From Gemmatimonadales bacterium (GTDB lineage Bacteria > Gemmatimonadota > Gemmatimonadetes > Gemmatimonadales > GWC2-71-9), in the NCBI GenBank assembly GCA_038321865.1, contig JBBQFH010000005.1, positions 68,694 through 132,693 of the forward strand: a stretch of DNA of 64,000 bases, read 5' to 3'. Below the pieces are notes generated by a model, which saw nothing but the letters and a program-made list of their open reading frames with translations, searched no databases and was not told the origin of the DNA. This document shows positions 1 through 11,260 of this stretch, one piece after another. Position 1 is the stretch's first letter, and each line of letters begins with the position of its first letter. A program made the translations under genes and the position numbers.

Positions 1-2
1 AT

Positions 3-155
3 GTGAGCGAGCTTCGCCCCGGTATCAGCGTCACGACCAACTTCGTCGGCCGGATACACAACGACAGCTTCATCGGCAGCTGGGTGGCGCATTATCGGTC
101 CAAGTCGGCCGACTCCGTGCTGCGCGGACGCACCGAGGGTGTCAAGGCGCGCTGA
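3..155 (+). CDS. 3' end of a hypothetical protein running in from the left edge
   Basis: Open frame from position 3 (VSELRPGISVTTNFVGRIHNDSFIGSW...KAR) to TGA at 153-155, GC3-rich codons, converges on the peptidase. Confidence 0.5.
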   Translation: MSELRPGISVTTNFVGRIHNDSFIGSWVAHYRSKSADSVLRGRTEGVKAR

Positions 156-170
156 GCCGCCGAGGCAAGA

Positions 171-2429
171 TCAGATCGCAGGCGCCGAGCGGCCTCCCGC
201 GGGGAGGTGCTCCAGCAGATAGCGATTGAGCAGCGAGTAGATGTGCTGGGTGGTGCCGGGTCCCTCGAAGATCCCGTGGGTCCGGTTGGGATACACCATC
301 AGCTCGAACGGCTTCCCCAGCGCCACGAGGCGGTTGACCAGGCGCTCGGTGCCCTGGTAGTGCACGTTGTCGTCGCCCGAACCGTGCACGATCAGCAGGT
401 GGCCCCGCAGTCCCTCCGCGAAGTTGATCGCCGACCCGGCCTTGTAGCCCTCGACGTTCTCCTGGGGAAGCCCCATGTACCGTTCCTGATAGATCGTGTC
501 GTACAGCTTCTGATCCGGGACCGGCGCCACGGCCATCCCGACCCGGAACAGGTCGGCATCGCGGAACATCGCATTGAGGGTGTTGGTGCCGCCGCCGCTC
601 CAGCCCCAGATCGCCACGCGCGTCGTATCCACGAAGCGATGCAGCGCCGCCAGCGCGCGAACCCCTGCCGCCTGGTCCGCCGCGGCCAGCACGCCGACCG
701 AGCCGTAGATGCTCTTCCGCCAGGCCCGGCCCTTCGGGGCCGGCGTGCCGCGGTTGTCGATGCTCACCACGAGGTAGCCCTCGTTGGCGATCATCCGGTG
801 GAAGAGCGTGCCGGCCCCGCCCCACACATCGTTGACCGTCTGGGCCGCCGGCTCCCCGTACACCTCGACCAGCACCGGGTACGACTTCGTCGAATCGAAT
901 CCGGCGGGGCGCATCAGCCAGCCGTCGAGCGGGACGCCCTCCGGGGTCTTCACATGGAAGAATTCGGTCGGGGGCGCGTGGAGGGCGGCGATCTTCTCGC
1001 GAAGCGCCGCGTTGTCTTCCAGCACCCGCACCACGGCGTGCGACGGCAGGCGGATCAGCTCGACTCTCGGCGGGGTGTCGAAGCGCGAGGTCGTGTGCAC
1101 GGCCCAGCGCCCGTCCGGCGAGACGTCGTACCCGTGGCGGCCCGCCTGATCGGCCGGCGTGACCCGCAGCGCCTTGCCGCCCTTGAGCGGCACCCGGTAC
1201 AGATAGCGCTGCGTCGCATTGTCGGGGGACGCGAGGAAATAGAGCAGTCCGCCTTTTTCATCCACACCGGCGAACTGGATCACGTCGTAGGGCCCGTCGG
1301 TCAGCTTGCGGAGCCCGCTTCCGTCGCGGCGCATGCTGTAGACGTGGCGCCAGCCGTCGCTCTCACTCTGGAACAGCGCGGTCTTCCCGCCATCGATCCA
1401 GCGGAAATCCTGCTGGTCGACCCACGCGCTGTCACGGTCGGTGTGGGCGACGCGGCCTTTGCCGGTCGTCGCGTCGCCGATCCAGAATTCATTGGCGTTC
1501 TGCCGCCGGTTGAGGTGCTGCACCAGGAGCGTCGTCGGGTCGGTCCACTCCACGCCGGCGATGTAGCTCGTGGCGGTGTCGCCGGCCACGTCCATCCAGG
1601 TGACGGCACCGCCAGTGGGAGCCACGACGCCGATCGTCACCCGGGAGTTCGTCGTGCCGGCCTTCGGGTACGGAATCCGTGTCGTGGCCGGATACAGCGA
1701 GTCCGTGTCGTTGATGAGCAGGAAGTCGCGGACCGGCGAGGCATCGAAGTGCCAGAACGCGATCCGCCGGCCGTCCGGGCTCCACTGGAAGGCCTGGCGG
1801 ACGTCCAGCTCTTCCTCATAGACCCAGTCCGACGTGCCGTTGATGCTGGTGGGAGTTCCGTCGCGAGTCAGGCGCGTGATGGTCCCGTCGGCGAGATTTT
1901 CGACATACATGTCGTTCTCCCGCACGTACGCCACGCGACTCCCGTCCGGTGAAAATGTCGCGAACATCAGCGTGCTGGGCCGCGCGTCACCGCCAAGCTT
2001 GGCCAGCTTGCCCGTCTTGCGGTCGAGCACCCAGTAGTCACCGCGGGTATTTTGGCGCCAGACCTTCTTGGTATTGGTGAAGAGCAGCAGCTTCGAGTTG
2101 TCCTCCGACCAGGCGAAGCTCTGGAAGCCGAGCGGGGCGCTGGCGCCGGCCGGCGTGAGCTGGGCCGCGGTGACCAGCACGGTGCGGGCGTCGGTCGCCG
2201 TCTCGTGCCGCACGATCTCCCGGCCGGTGCCGCCGGCGGCCGGCTCCACGGTCAGAAATCCCGTCCCCCCGTCCACCCAGCGCAGCTGGCCCACGCCGCG
2301 GGCGCCGAACTCGTTCGAGAAGATGCGCTGAACCGTAAGACTGTCGGCCGGGCTCCGGGCGGGCATCTGGGCCGTGAGCCCGGGAGCGACGAGGAGGAGA
2401 GTCGCGAGCGTGCTGGCGAAGTGGCGCAT
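171..2429 (-). CDS. S9B family dipeptidyl-peptidase IV-like serine peptidase, secreted
   Basis: Signal peptide MRHFASTLATLLLVAPG; DWVYEEE motif; nucleophile GWSGGG, DDNV Asp and C-terminal His; start trimmed to ATG 2429. Confidence 0.92.
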   Translation of the reverse strand: MRHFASTLATLLLVAPGLTAQMPARSPADSLTVQRIFSNEFGARGVGQLRWVDGGTGFLTVEPAAGGTGREIVRHETATDARTVLVTAAQLTPAGASAPLGFQSFAWSEDNSKLLLFTNTKKVWRQNTRGDYWVLDRKTGKLAKLGGDARPSTLMFATFSPDGSRVAYVRENDMYVENLADGTITRLTRDGTPTSINGTSDWVYEEELDVRQAFQWSPDGRRIAFWHFDASPVRDFLLINDTDSLYPATTRIPYPKAGTTNSRVTIGVVAPTGGAVTWMDVAGDTATSYIAGVEWTDPTTLLVQHLNRRQNANEFWIGDATTGKGRVAHTDRDSAWVDQQDFRWIDGGKTALFQSESDGWRHVYSMRRDGSGLRKLTDGPYDVIQFAGVDEKGGLLYFLASPDNATQRYLYRVPLKGGKALRVTPADQAGRHGYDVSPDGRWAVHTTSRFDTPPRVELIRLPSHAVVRVLEDNAALREKIAALHAPPTEFFHVKTPEGVPLDGWLMRPAGFDSTKSYPVLVEVYGEPAAQTVNDVWGGAGTLFHRMIANEGYLVVSIDNRGTPAPKGRAWRKSIYGSVGVLAAADQAAGVRALAALHRFVDTTRVAIWGWSGGGTNTLNAMFRDADLFRVGMAVAPVPDQKLYDTIYQERYMGLPQENVEGYKAGSAINFAEGLRGHLLIVHGSGDDNVHYQGTERLVNRLVALGKPFELMVYPNRTHGIFEGPGTTQHIYSLLNRYLLEHLPAGGRSAPAI

Positions 2430-2574
2430 GCGATGCCTGTCTGGTGAAAAGTGGGTGTCGGCCACAGCATGACGCGGGCAGCCGCCATCCTGTTTCGAGT
2501 GGTTCCATGTCGGTGAATTCAGTCTAGCTTTCTCCCTAGTCGTGGCGGTTCGGCACCTGTGCTCCGGAGGTCGC

Positions 2575-2943
2575 ATGCGCATTCCCCTGTTGTCCCTGAT
2601 CCTCACCATCGCCGCCGGGTGCGCTCACGAGCCCGATGCCATGCTCGACGGCGTCTGGCAGGCGGCGTTTCAGCCCGTGCCGGGCGTGAACCACACGCTC
2701 ACGCTCACCCAGCACGGATCAGCCGTCACCGGCACCGGCACCTGGACCGGCGAGGCGATCAATCCACCGGGCGGGTCGCTCACCGTCTCGGGAACGGCGA
2801 GCGATCGCCACGTCCTGCTCACATTCACCTACGACAACAACCGGACGACCACCTACAAGGCGACGCTTGTGGACGCGACGCACCTGGCGGGCAGCGAGAC
2901 CTTCGCAGGCGGCACCGACAGCCTGGTCTTCACGAAGGAGTGA
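2575..2943 (+). CDS. Hypothetical beta-rich lipoprotein
   Basis: GGAGG RBS before ATG 2575; lipobox AAGC; Thr/Gly-rich beta-strand pattern. Confidence 0.7.
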   Translation: MRIPLLSLILTIAAGCAHEPDAMLDGVWQAAFQPVPGVNHTLTLTQHGSAVTGTGTWTGEAINPPGGSLTVSGTASDRHVLLTFTYDNNRTTTYKATLVDATHLAGSETFAGGTDSLVFTKE

Positions 2944-3337
2944 CGCGGACCGCCCACCCGGCCGCGATACCGGCGAGGCCCACCAGGGGAATCACCCAGC
3001 CGTACCAGCCGGGCTGGCTGGCGGCGGCCGGCGTCGAGCGCATCGTCATGGCGCTGATCACGCCCATCACCAGCAGGAGCGCGCCGAGTGCCAGCACGTG
3101 CGTACCCGGGCTGCTCGCGGCGAATCGGGTCACCAGCCACCCGGCCAGCACGGCGGCGAGGAACGAGATGACGAGATTCGCGCCGAGGTACGACGCGGGG
3201 AGCCGGCCGGTGGGGCCATTGCGCATGGTGGCGAGTCCGCCGGGCACCACGGCCGCGGTGGCGGCCATGGTGCCGAGCATGACGACGATCGCCATCACGA
3301 TGAATCCGCCGAGCACGACGCCAATGCTGCGCAGCAT
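2930..3337 (-). CDS. Hypothetical membrane protein (about 4 TM)
   Basis: GGAGG RBS then MLRSIGVVLGG; four hydrophobic segments. Confidence 0.7.
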   Translation of the reverse strand: MLRSIGVVLGGFIVMAIVVMLGTMAATAAVVPGGLATMRNGPTGRLPASYLGANLVISFLAAVLAGWLVTRFAASSPGTHVLALGALLLVMGVISAMTMRSTPAAASQPGWYGWVIPLVGLAGIAAGWAVRVTPS

Positions 3338-3424
3338 GACGACCTCCGGACTAGGGGAAGCTGGATCGGGGATACTCAAGTATATGCGAACCGTTGCCGG
3401 ACCTGGGTTCCGGGGTCCGTCGCC

Positions 3425-3892
3425 ATGACCAACCCGCCGGTGGTCAGTGCGGGCATTCTCCTCTATCGCCGTCACGGCGAGGCGCTGGAGGTCCTGCTCG
3501 CGCACCCGGGCGGCCCGTTCTGGTCGCACCGCGATGCCGGGGCGTGGACCATTCCGAAGGGGATCGTGATGGACGGCGAGGGCCTGCTCGCGGCGGCGCA
3601 GCGCGAGTTTGCCGAAGAAACCGGCGCTTCACTCGCCGGTCCGTTCATCGAGCTCGGCTCGGTCCGGCAGAAGGCCGGCAAGGTCGTTCACGCGTGGGCC
3701 TGCGCGGGAGACCTCGATCCGGCACGCGCCGTGAGCAATACGATGACGACCGAGTGGCCGCGCGGGTCGGGCCGCCGGATCACCTTTCCCGAGATTGACC
3801 GCTGCGCCTGGTTCGGGACGGCGGAAGCCCGGACCCGCATCAACCCGGCCCAGGCCGAGCTGCTGGAGCGGCTGGAGCGGCTGACTCCATGA
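3425..3892 (+). CDS. NUDIX hydrolase
   Basis: Nudix box G-x5-E-x7-REFAEETG; LLAHPGGPFW motif. Confidence 0.88.
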   Translation: MTNPPVVSAGILLYRRHGEALEVLLAHPGGPFWSHRDAGAWTIPKGIVMDGEGLLAAAQREFAEETGASLAGPFIELGSVRQKAGKVVHAWACAGDLDPARAVSNTMTTEWPRGSGRRITFPEIDRCAWFGTAEARTRINPAQAELLERLERLTP

Positions 3893-4875
3893 GCGACGCA
3901 CTGCGGGACCTGTTTTTCGGCGCCCGTGCGCGGCTGGTCGAGACCATCGCCCCCAGGCGCACCTTCGACGATGTGGTGCTGCCGCCGTCCACGCTCGACT
4001 CGATCCGTCATGCACTGGCATTGATCCGGAAGCAGGACCTCATCTTCCGGCAGTGGGGGCTGGCCGAGCGACATGGCGGCGGCCTGGGTCTGGCGTTCCA
4101 CTTTGCCGGACCGCCGGGCACCGGCAAGACGATCGCCGCCGAAGCGATCGCCGCGACGCTGGGACGGGAGCTGCTCGTGGTGCGGTACGCCGAACTGGAA
4201 TCCCGCTGGGCGGGCCAGACGGCCAAGCACGTCGCCGCGGTCTTTCGCGCGGCGGCCGACGCCAACGCCGTGCTCTTCTTCGACGAGGCGGACGCGATCG
4301 CGGGCCGGCGCTTCACCAACCTGACGCAGGGCTACGAGCGGGACTCCAACGCCACCGTCGCGGTGCTGCTGAACGAGCTGGAGCGCTTCCCCGGGGTCGT
4401 GATTTTCGCGACCAATCTCGCGACCAACATCGATCCGGCCTTCGAGCGCCGGATCCGGCACCACATCCGCTTCGAGATGCCGGGACCGTCCGAGCGCGAA
4501 CGCATCTGGCGCGCGCAGCTCCACGCCACCAAGACCCCGCTCGCGCCGGACGTGAATTTCGCCGAGCTGGGAGACCGTTTCCAGCGCGCCGGCGGCGACA
4601 TCAAGAACGCGGTGCTGAAGGCCGCCCAGATGGCGACGCTCGAGCCGGGCCCCGACGACGAAAAGCGGATTCATCAGCGCCATTTCATCAATGCGATGCA
4701 GCAGGTCGTCGGTGCCGGGGAGGTCATGTCGCAGTCGCTGTTCGACGGCCGCGAGACCGATCCACTCGCGCCGCTGGCCGGCGCCCTCCAGGCGCGGGAG
4801 CGGCAGCTCGTCCTGCTCGCGGGGGGCGCGCTGCTGGTCGCGCTGATCGCGCTCGCCGTGGCGCTGTTCCGCTGA
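3889..4875 (+). CDS. AAA+ ATPase with C-terminal hydrophobic anchor
   Basis: Walker A GPPGTGKT, Walker B LFFDEAD, sensor/arginine finger ATN...DPAFERR; hydrophobic tail LVLLAGGALLVALIALAVALFR; ATGA overlap with NUDIX. Confidence 0.88.
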   Translation: MSDALRDLFFGARARLVETIAPRRTFDDVVLPPSTLDSIRHALALIRKQDLIFRQWGLAERHGGGLGLAFHFAGPPGTGKTIAAEAIAATLGRELLVVRYAELESRWAGQTAKHVAAVFRAAADANAVLFFDEADAIAGRRFTNLTQGYERDSNATVAVLLNELERFPGVVIFATNLATNIDPAFERRIRHHIRFEMPGPSERERIWRAQLHATKTPLAPDVNFAELGDRFQRAGGDIKNAVLKAAQMATLEPGPDDEKRIHQRHFINAMQQVVGAGEVMSQSLFDGRETDPLAPLAGALQARERQLVLLAGGALLVALIALAVALFR

Positions 4876-4876
4876 G

Positions 4877-7084
4877 CTAGTTGGCCGCGAGCGCTGCCCG
4901 ATACTTGCCGGCCAGGCGCCGGGCAACCTCGATCGCATCCCCCCGTGGCACCGTCGGGTACCGCTCCCGCCCCCGCGACCACGCCCGCTCCCACGTACAC
5001 ATCGCCTCGGCGTAGGGCCTCCGGTCGAAGGTCGTGCCCTGATCCAGCGAGCGGTGCAGGGCCGCAAAGAAGGCGGTCCAGCGCGGCAGATAGTATCCGG
5101 TGAACATCCCCTGCCACTGCTTGTAGGCGTACAGGTTGAGGTCGTCGTTCTGGCCTTCGGTGCATTTCTCGCCCCAGAGCGTGATGATGTTCCGCGCATT
5201 CCACTGGTAGAGCGCCCGTTCGCCGGGCGTTCGCCCCCAGCGCCCGGCGTCCTCGAGCCACCGGCCAAGGAGAAATTCCGGCCGCGTGCCGACCAGCTCG
5301 TCCAGATCGCGGAGCAGGCCGGTGATGCGCCGCTCGGCGCCTGCGATCCCCACCCGATCCTTGCGTTCGTATGCCGCCTGCAGCGCATTGACCAGCGGCA
5401 GCCCGAGCCCACCGAGGACCTGGCGCGTGAGGTTGACGACATCGTAGCGGTAGGCGTCGTTCGTCGCGAGGCCGTCGGACGCCGCGAGCAGCGTATCCAG
5501 CGCCTGCGCCAGCACCCGTGCGTCATACGGCGGCGTCGGCTGTGTGCGGTACGCCGCCTTCGGGTCATAAAACCCCGGCCGCTCGGCGAGAAAGGTTCCG
5601 GTCTGCTGGGCGGACCGGTACGCTGTCGCGAGCAGCAGCCGCCACGCGTTCCAGGCGTGCGCCCCGGGCCCGCCGTAGCGGCGGCTGACGTACTCGTGCG
5701 CCCATGCCTCGAGATCGGGTACACGGTCGCGCCAGGCGAGGTCCATCACGAAATCGGGCACGATCGGGTTGTATCCCAGGCCCTCCATCATCATGCCGAG
5801 TCCGGCGAGCCTGCCCCGGGCCGGACTGCGGAGCGCGTCGCCGAGATTCGCGGCGATCTTTGGCAGATCGCCGTTGACGGTGACCTGGCCGCCGAAGTTG
5901 TACAGCACGTTCCAGATCCACGGCTTGCCGTAGAACGCCTGCCGCTCCTTCCAGACCGGATGGAGGTCGCCGTAGAGATCGAGCACCAGCATGCGATCAT
6001 CAGGCACCGCCCCAAGGAGCGCCCGCGCCTGCGGCTCCTTCCAGAATTTGGCCTGGTAATAGAGAAACCACCCCTGCAGCACCCACACCGCGTCGGGATC
6101 CGCGGCGTGCATCGACTCGTACACCGTGCGCCCCATCCCGGCGAGAAACACGGAGTCGTTCGTCGGCGGGTCGATTTCGTTGAAGCTGTCGGCGGCGTAG
6201 AAGTGGTCGGTGCCGAAGAGCTCGGTCTGCCGCTCGATGAAGCGGCGCCCCATCCGCTGGAAAAGCGGGTCGAGCGGGTCGAGGAACCAGGTGCCGGAAA
6301 AGCCGGCCGACCAGTCGCCGGTGCGGTGGATCTTCGCCCCCGGGAAGTGAGCCCGGATCGACTCCGGCACATGGCCGGTAAATCCCTGAAGCACGGGGCG
6401 CATGCCCAGCGCCCGCTCGCGCGCGAGGATCCGGCGCTCCAGCGCCACATGGCTCGTGATCCATGACCGGGGCAGCGGCCCGCCCAGTCCGTCGATGTTG
6501 CCCATCCAGCCCCACGGCAGATACGCCGGCCCCACCAGGAACTGGCCGATCTCCCGGTCGCTGAAGCCCAGGTCGCGCAACACCAGCTGCCAGGTGCCTT
6601 CCTGCCCGGTCGCTGCCAGCGGCAGGTTGACCCCCTTGAGCGCCATCCAGTCCACCATCCGCTCCCAGTCGGTCCAGTCCCACCAGGCCATGCTGTAGGA
6701 GAAGGTGCAGTAATTGAAGAAGTAGCGGTATCGGTATGGGGTACTGATGCGGACCCGGCTCGTCACCGGCGGCAGTCTGCCGAGGTTCAGTGGCCGCAGC
6801 GGGTTGGCGACGGTGACTCCGGCGACGTGCTCCAGATACCAGTTGAGCGCCGACGCGATGGCGACGCCGCTCGATCCGCGGAGCACGATCCGGTCGCCCC
6901 GGCTCTCGACCTCGAACACGTCGAGCCCGGCGGAGTCAGGGATCGCTTCGGCGATGAAGTTCCCGGACTGCCCGGGCACGACCCGCGCGATCAGCGCCCG
7001 CACCGCCGGGAGGTCTATCGGACGCGTGACCGAGACCGCAGCCGGGGGCGCGCCCGCGAGCAGCAACAGGACAGAGGCAATCAC
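4877..7084 (-). CDS. Alpha-N-acetylglucosaminidase (GH89), secreted
   Basis: NYCTFSYSMAWWDW, IDWMALxG-like, FNE and MEG catalytic segments, YQWNARNIITLWG typical of GH89. Confidence 0.92.
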   Translation of the reverse strand: MIASVLLLLAGAPPAAVSVTRPIDLPAVRALIARVVPGQSGNFIAEAIPDSAGLDVFEVESRGDRIVLRGSSGVAIASALNWYLEHVAGVTVANPLRPLNLGRLPPVTSRVRISTPYRYRYFFNYCTFSYSMAWWDWTDWERMVDWMALKGVNLPLAATGQEGTWQLVLRDLGFSDREIGQFLVGPAYLPWGWMGNIDGLGGPLPRSWITSHVALERRILARERALGMRPVLQGFTGHVPESIRAHFPGAKIHRTGDWSAGFSGTWFLDPLDPLFQRMGRRFIERQTELFGTDHFYAADSFNEIDPPTNDSVFLAGMGRTVYESMHAADPDAVWVLQGWFLYYQAKFWKEPQARALLGAVPDDRMLVLDLYGDLHPVWKERQAFYGKPWIWNVLYNFGGQVTVNGDLPKIAANLGDALRSPARGRLAGLGMMMEGLGYNPIVPDFVMDLAWRDRVPDLEAWAHEYVSRRYGGPGAHAWNAWRLLLATAYRSAQQTGTFLAERPGFYDPKAAYRTQPTPPYDARVLAQALDTLLAASDGLATNDAYRYDVVNLTRQVLGGLGLPLVNALQAAYERKDRVGIAGAERRITGLLRDLDELVGTRPEFLLGRWLEDAGRWGRTPGERALYQWNARNIITLWGEKCTEGQNDDLNLYAYKQWQGMFTGYYLPRWTAFFAALHRSLDQGTTFDRRPYAEAMCTWERAWSRGRERYPTVPRGDAIEVARRLAGKYRAALAAN

Positions 7085-7250
7085 GGAGACTCCAGTGCCG
7101 GCGAGGATTCGCAGTTCGTTAGGGATTTACGTCAAGGAAGGGAATCGCCGCAAGCGGGCTGGCGCGACGCCGCGCCGCCGTCCATCTTCCGGTCACTCGC
7201 TTCTCCCTCCACTCGCGTCTCCCATCGTCGGCTTCGGCCGGGAGATCACC

Positions 7251-7829
7251 GTGAACCGCCGCACCCTGCTTCGCCTGATCGGCGGGGCCGCCATTCCCGC
7301 CTCACTGGGTCTCAGCGCGGACGATCTGCTGGCGGCCGGCCGGCGCCTCGGGCAACGTGCCGCGCGGCGCGGTGCGCTCGGTCCGTTCGACGCCCATCAG
7401 CGGGAAACCGTCGCCGCGCTGGCCGAGCACATCATTCCGGCCACCGACACGCCGGGCGCACGCGCCGCGCGGGTGGACGAATTCATCGCCCTCCTGCTCG
7501 ATGAATGGTACCCGGCGGAAAAAAAGACCGAATTCCTCGATGGACTCGCCGCGTTCGACGCGCGGAGCGTGCGTGAGCTGGGGCATCCCTTCGTAACCGC
7601 CGTTCCTGCCGACCAGCTCAGATTGCTCGCCGCCCTCGACGCCGAAGCCCACGCGCCGCGCCCGGCCGGCTCCGCCAAGCCATTCTTCCAGTGGATGAAG
7701 GAGCTGACCGTCAGCGGCTACTACTCGTCCCGCATCGGCATGAACGACGAGCGGCATTACGTGATCTGGCCGGGCCGGTACGACGGCTGCCGCACCATCG
7801 GCGCCCGGCCGGGCGGAGCGCCGTCGTGA
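7251..7829 (+). CDS. Gluconate 2-dehydrogenase subunit-3 family protein (Tat small subunit)
   Basis: Tat motif NRRTLL; IIPATDTPGA and KELTVSGYYSS motifs; overlaps the following GMC gene. Confidence 0.85.
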   Translation: MNRRTLLRLIGGAAIPASLGLSADDLLAAGRRLGQRAARRGALGPFDAHQRETVAALAEHIIPATDTPGARAARVDEFIALLLDEWYPAEKKTEFLDGLAAFDARSVRELGHPFVTAVPADQLRLLAALDAEAHAPRPAGSAKPFFQWMKELTVSGYYSSRIGMNDERHYVIWPGRYDGCRTIGARPGGAPS

Positions 7830-9511
7830 GCCGCGGAGTCGAGCAGTACGATGCGATCGTCATCGGCTCCGGCATCACCGGTGGCTGGGCGGCCAAGGAG
7901 CTGACGGAAAAGGGGCTGCGGACCCTGGTGCTGGAAGCCGGCGGCCCGATCGATCCCGCGAAGGATTTCGTGGAGCACGTGCAGCCCTGGCAGCTCCATT
8001 TTCGCGGATGGGGAGACCGGCGGGCGCTCGAGCGCGATCAGTTCATCCAGAAGAACTGCTACGCCTGTGACGAATGGAGCGGCAAGTTCTTCGTGAACGA
8101 CCGCGACAACCCCTACACCTTCGACACCGACAAGCCGTTTCACTGGATTCGCGGCCGTCAGGTCGGCGGCCGGTCCATCATGTGGGGCCGCCAGGTCTAC
8201 CGCTGGAGCGACCTCGATTTCGAAGCGAACGCGCGGGACGGCCACGGGGTGGACTGGCCGATCCGCTATGCCGACATCGCTCCGTGGTATTCCTACGTCG
8301 AACGCTACATCGGCGTGACCGGAGAGCGGCTCGGCCTGGCGCAGCTCCCCGATGGCGAGTTCCTCAAGCCGATGGAGCTCAACTGCGCCGAGATCGCGGT
8401 CAAGGCCGGCGTGGCGTCGCACTTCGGCGGCGAACGAGTGCTGACCGTGGGGCGCGCCGCGATCCTGACGGAAAACCACAACGGGCGCGCCGCCTGTCAC
8501 TATTGCGGCACCTGCGAGCGGGGCTGCATCACCCGGTCCTATTTCAACAGCATCGGCGTGACACTGCCCGCCGCCCGCGCCACTGGCCGGCTCACGCTCC
8601 GGCCTCACAGCGTGGTCCATAGCCTCAGCTTCGACCCCCGGACCCGGCGGATTTCCGCCGTCAACGTGATCGACGCGCAAACTCATGCGGCGCTCGCATT
8701 CCGTGCTCGCGTGGTCTTTCTCTGCGCCTCGACGCTCGAGTCCACCCGGATCCTGCTCAACTCGAAATCGGCCGCGTTTCCGGACGGCCTGGCAAACTCG
8801 AGCGGGGAACTCGGCCGGAACCTGATGGATCATGTGATGGGTGGCGGCGCCGGCGGCACGATTCCCGGCATGGAAGACAAGGAGTCCTACGGCCATCGGC
8901 CCAACGGCACCTATTTGCCGCGGTTTCGGAACGTGAAGACCGAGAGCCCGGATTTTCTCCGGGGCTATGCTTTTCAGGGCGGCGGGGGGCGCGGCGGTTT
9001 CGGCGCCGACGTGCCGGGATTCGGGAAGGCGTTCAAGGAGAAGCTCCGCGAGCGCGGCAGCTGGTACTTCTCGTTCTATGGCTTCGGCGAATGCCTGCCC
9101 CGCCCGACCAACTTCGTGGCGCTCGATCCGGACAAGGTGGATGCCTGGGGCATTCCGGCGCTCCGCATCAACTGCACCTGGAGCGACAACGAGCGGAAAC
9201 TGCTTCAGGACATGTCGGTTACGGCAGCCGAGATGCTCGAGGCCTCCGGCGCGACGAACGTGAAGCCGTTCGTGCAGGACAATCCGCCGGGCCTCACGAT
9301 TCACGAGATGGGAACCGCCCGGATGGGCCGCGATGCGAAGACCTCGGTGCTCAACGGACACAACCAGGCACACGATGTGCCGAACCTGTTCGTGACCGAT
9401 GGCGCCTGCATGGCATCGTCGGCCAACCAGAATCCGTCCATCACGTACATGGCGCTCACCGCGCGCGCGGTGGACTACGCCGTCGGCCAGCTGAAGCAGC
9501 ACTCGCTGTAG
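7826..9511 (+). CDS. GMC family FAD oxidoreductase (glycoside 3-dehydrogenase-like)
   Basis: GSGITGG FAD motif, GGRSIMWGR, Cys cluster CHYCGTCERGC, HEMGTARMG, NPSITYMAL. Confidence 0.9.
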   Translation: MSRGVEQYDAIVIGSGITGGWAAKELTEKGLRTLVLEAGGPIDPAKDFVEHVQPWQLHFRGWGDRRALERDQFIQKNCYACDEWSGKFFVNDRDNPYTFDTDKPFHWIRGRQVGGRSIMWGRQVYRWSDLDFEANARDGHGVDWPIRYADIAPWYSYVERYIGVTGERLGLAQLPDGEFLKPMELNCAEIAVKAGVASHFGGERVLTVGRAAILTENHNGRAACHYCGTCERGCITRSYFNSIGVTLPAARATGRLTLRPHSVVHSLSFDPRTRRISAVNVIDAQTHAALAFRARVVFLCASTLESTRILLNSKSAAFPDGLANSSGELGRNLMDHVMGGGAGGTIPGMEDKESYGHRPNGTYLPRFRNVKTESPDFLRGYAFQGGGGRGGFGADVPGFGKAFKEKLRERGSWYFSFYGFGECLPRPTNFVALDPDKVDAWGIPALRINCTWSDNERKLLQDMSVTAAEMLEASGATNVKPFVQDNPPGLTIHEMGTARMGRDAKTSVLNGHNQAHDVPNLFVTDGACMASSANQNPSITYMALTARAVDYAVGQLKQHSL

Positions 9512-9539
9512 CCATGCCGACCTCGAGGAAACCCAGCCG

Positions 9540-10373
9540 ATGACCGACCGTCGCTCCTTTCTCGCCCTGTCCGCCGCCGCCCTCGGCGCCGGCCGACTGC
9601 ATGCGCTCGGCCAGGCGGCGCTGGGTGCCGCGCGGCTCGGCCGGATCGGCGTCCAGCTCTATACCCTGCGCGACGCGATGAAGCGCGACTTCGAGGGCAC
9701 GCTCGCCCGTGTGGCGAGCATCGGGTATCGGGAGGTCGAGTTCGCCGGCTACTTCGAGCGGCCCCCCGCCCAGGTGCGCCACGTGCTCGAGGCCAGCAGG
9801 CTCACGGCGCCCGCCGCGCACATTTCGCTGGAGGACATCCGCAACCGCTGGCCGCAGACGCTTGACGCCGCCCACACCATCGGGCACGACTACCTGGTGT
9901 GCGCGTGGATCAACGACGAGGACCGCACGGTGGACCGATACAAGCGCGTCGCCGACGAGTTCAGCCGCGCCGCGGAGACGGCACGGAAGGCCGGCATCGG
10001 CTTCGGTTATCACAACCATTCCTACGAGTTCGTGCCGATCGCCGGACAGCGGCCGTACGATATCCTGCTCGCCAACTCCGACCCGAAACTGGTGCAGTTC
10101 GAGATGGACCTGTTCTGGATCGTGCAGGGCGGCGGCGATCCGCTCGCCTACTTCGCGAAGTACCCGGGCCGCTTCCCGCTGGTCCATGTCAAGGATCGGG
10201 CGGCGGACGGCAAGATGGTGGACGTCGGCCAGGGACGGATCGACTTCCGGACGATCTTCGCGCACCGGAACCAGGCGGGGATCCGGCACTTCTTCGTCGA
10301 GCACGACGAGCCGGCCGACCCGTTCGTGAGCATCGCGGCGAGCTACGGCTACCTGCGCGGACTGCGTTTCTGA
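9540..10373 (+). CDS. Sugar-phosphate isomerase/epimerase-like TIM barrel (Tat)
   Basis: DRRSFL Tat signal; GVQLYTLR, YHNH, EMDLFW, HVKD, VEHD metal ligands. Confidence 0.88.
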   Translation: MTDRRSFLALSAAALGAGRLHALGQAALGAARLGRIGVQLYTLRDAMKRDFEGTLARVASIGYREVEFAGYFERPPAQVRHVLEASRLTAPAAHISLEDIRNRWPQTLDAAHTIGHDYLVCAWINDEDRTVDRYKRVADEFSRAAETARKAGIGFGYHNHSYEFVPIAGQRPYDILLANSDPKLVQFEMDLFWIVQGGGDPLAYFAKYPGRFPLVHVKDRAADGKMVDVGQGRIDFRTIFAHRNQAGIRHFFVEHDEPADPFVSIAASYGYLRGLRF

Positions 10374-10378
10374 CCGAC

Positions 10379-11239
<861 letters not shown>

Positions 11240-11260
11240 TGTGCGCGTCCCCGTGATGCC

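Noticed and set aside
590..615. GWSGGG instead of GWSYGG in the DPP-IV-like peptidase
   Set aside because: The catalytic triad is intact and such variation occurs among bacterial S9 enzymes
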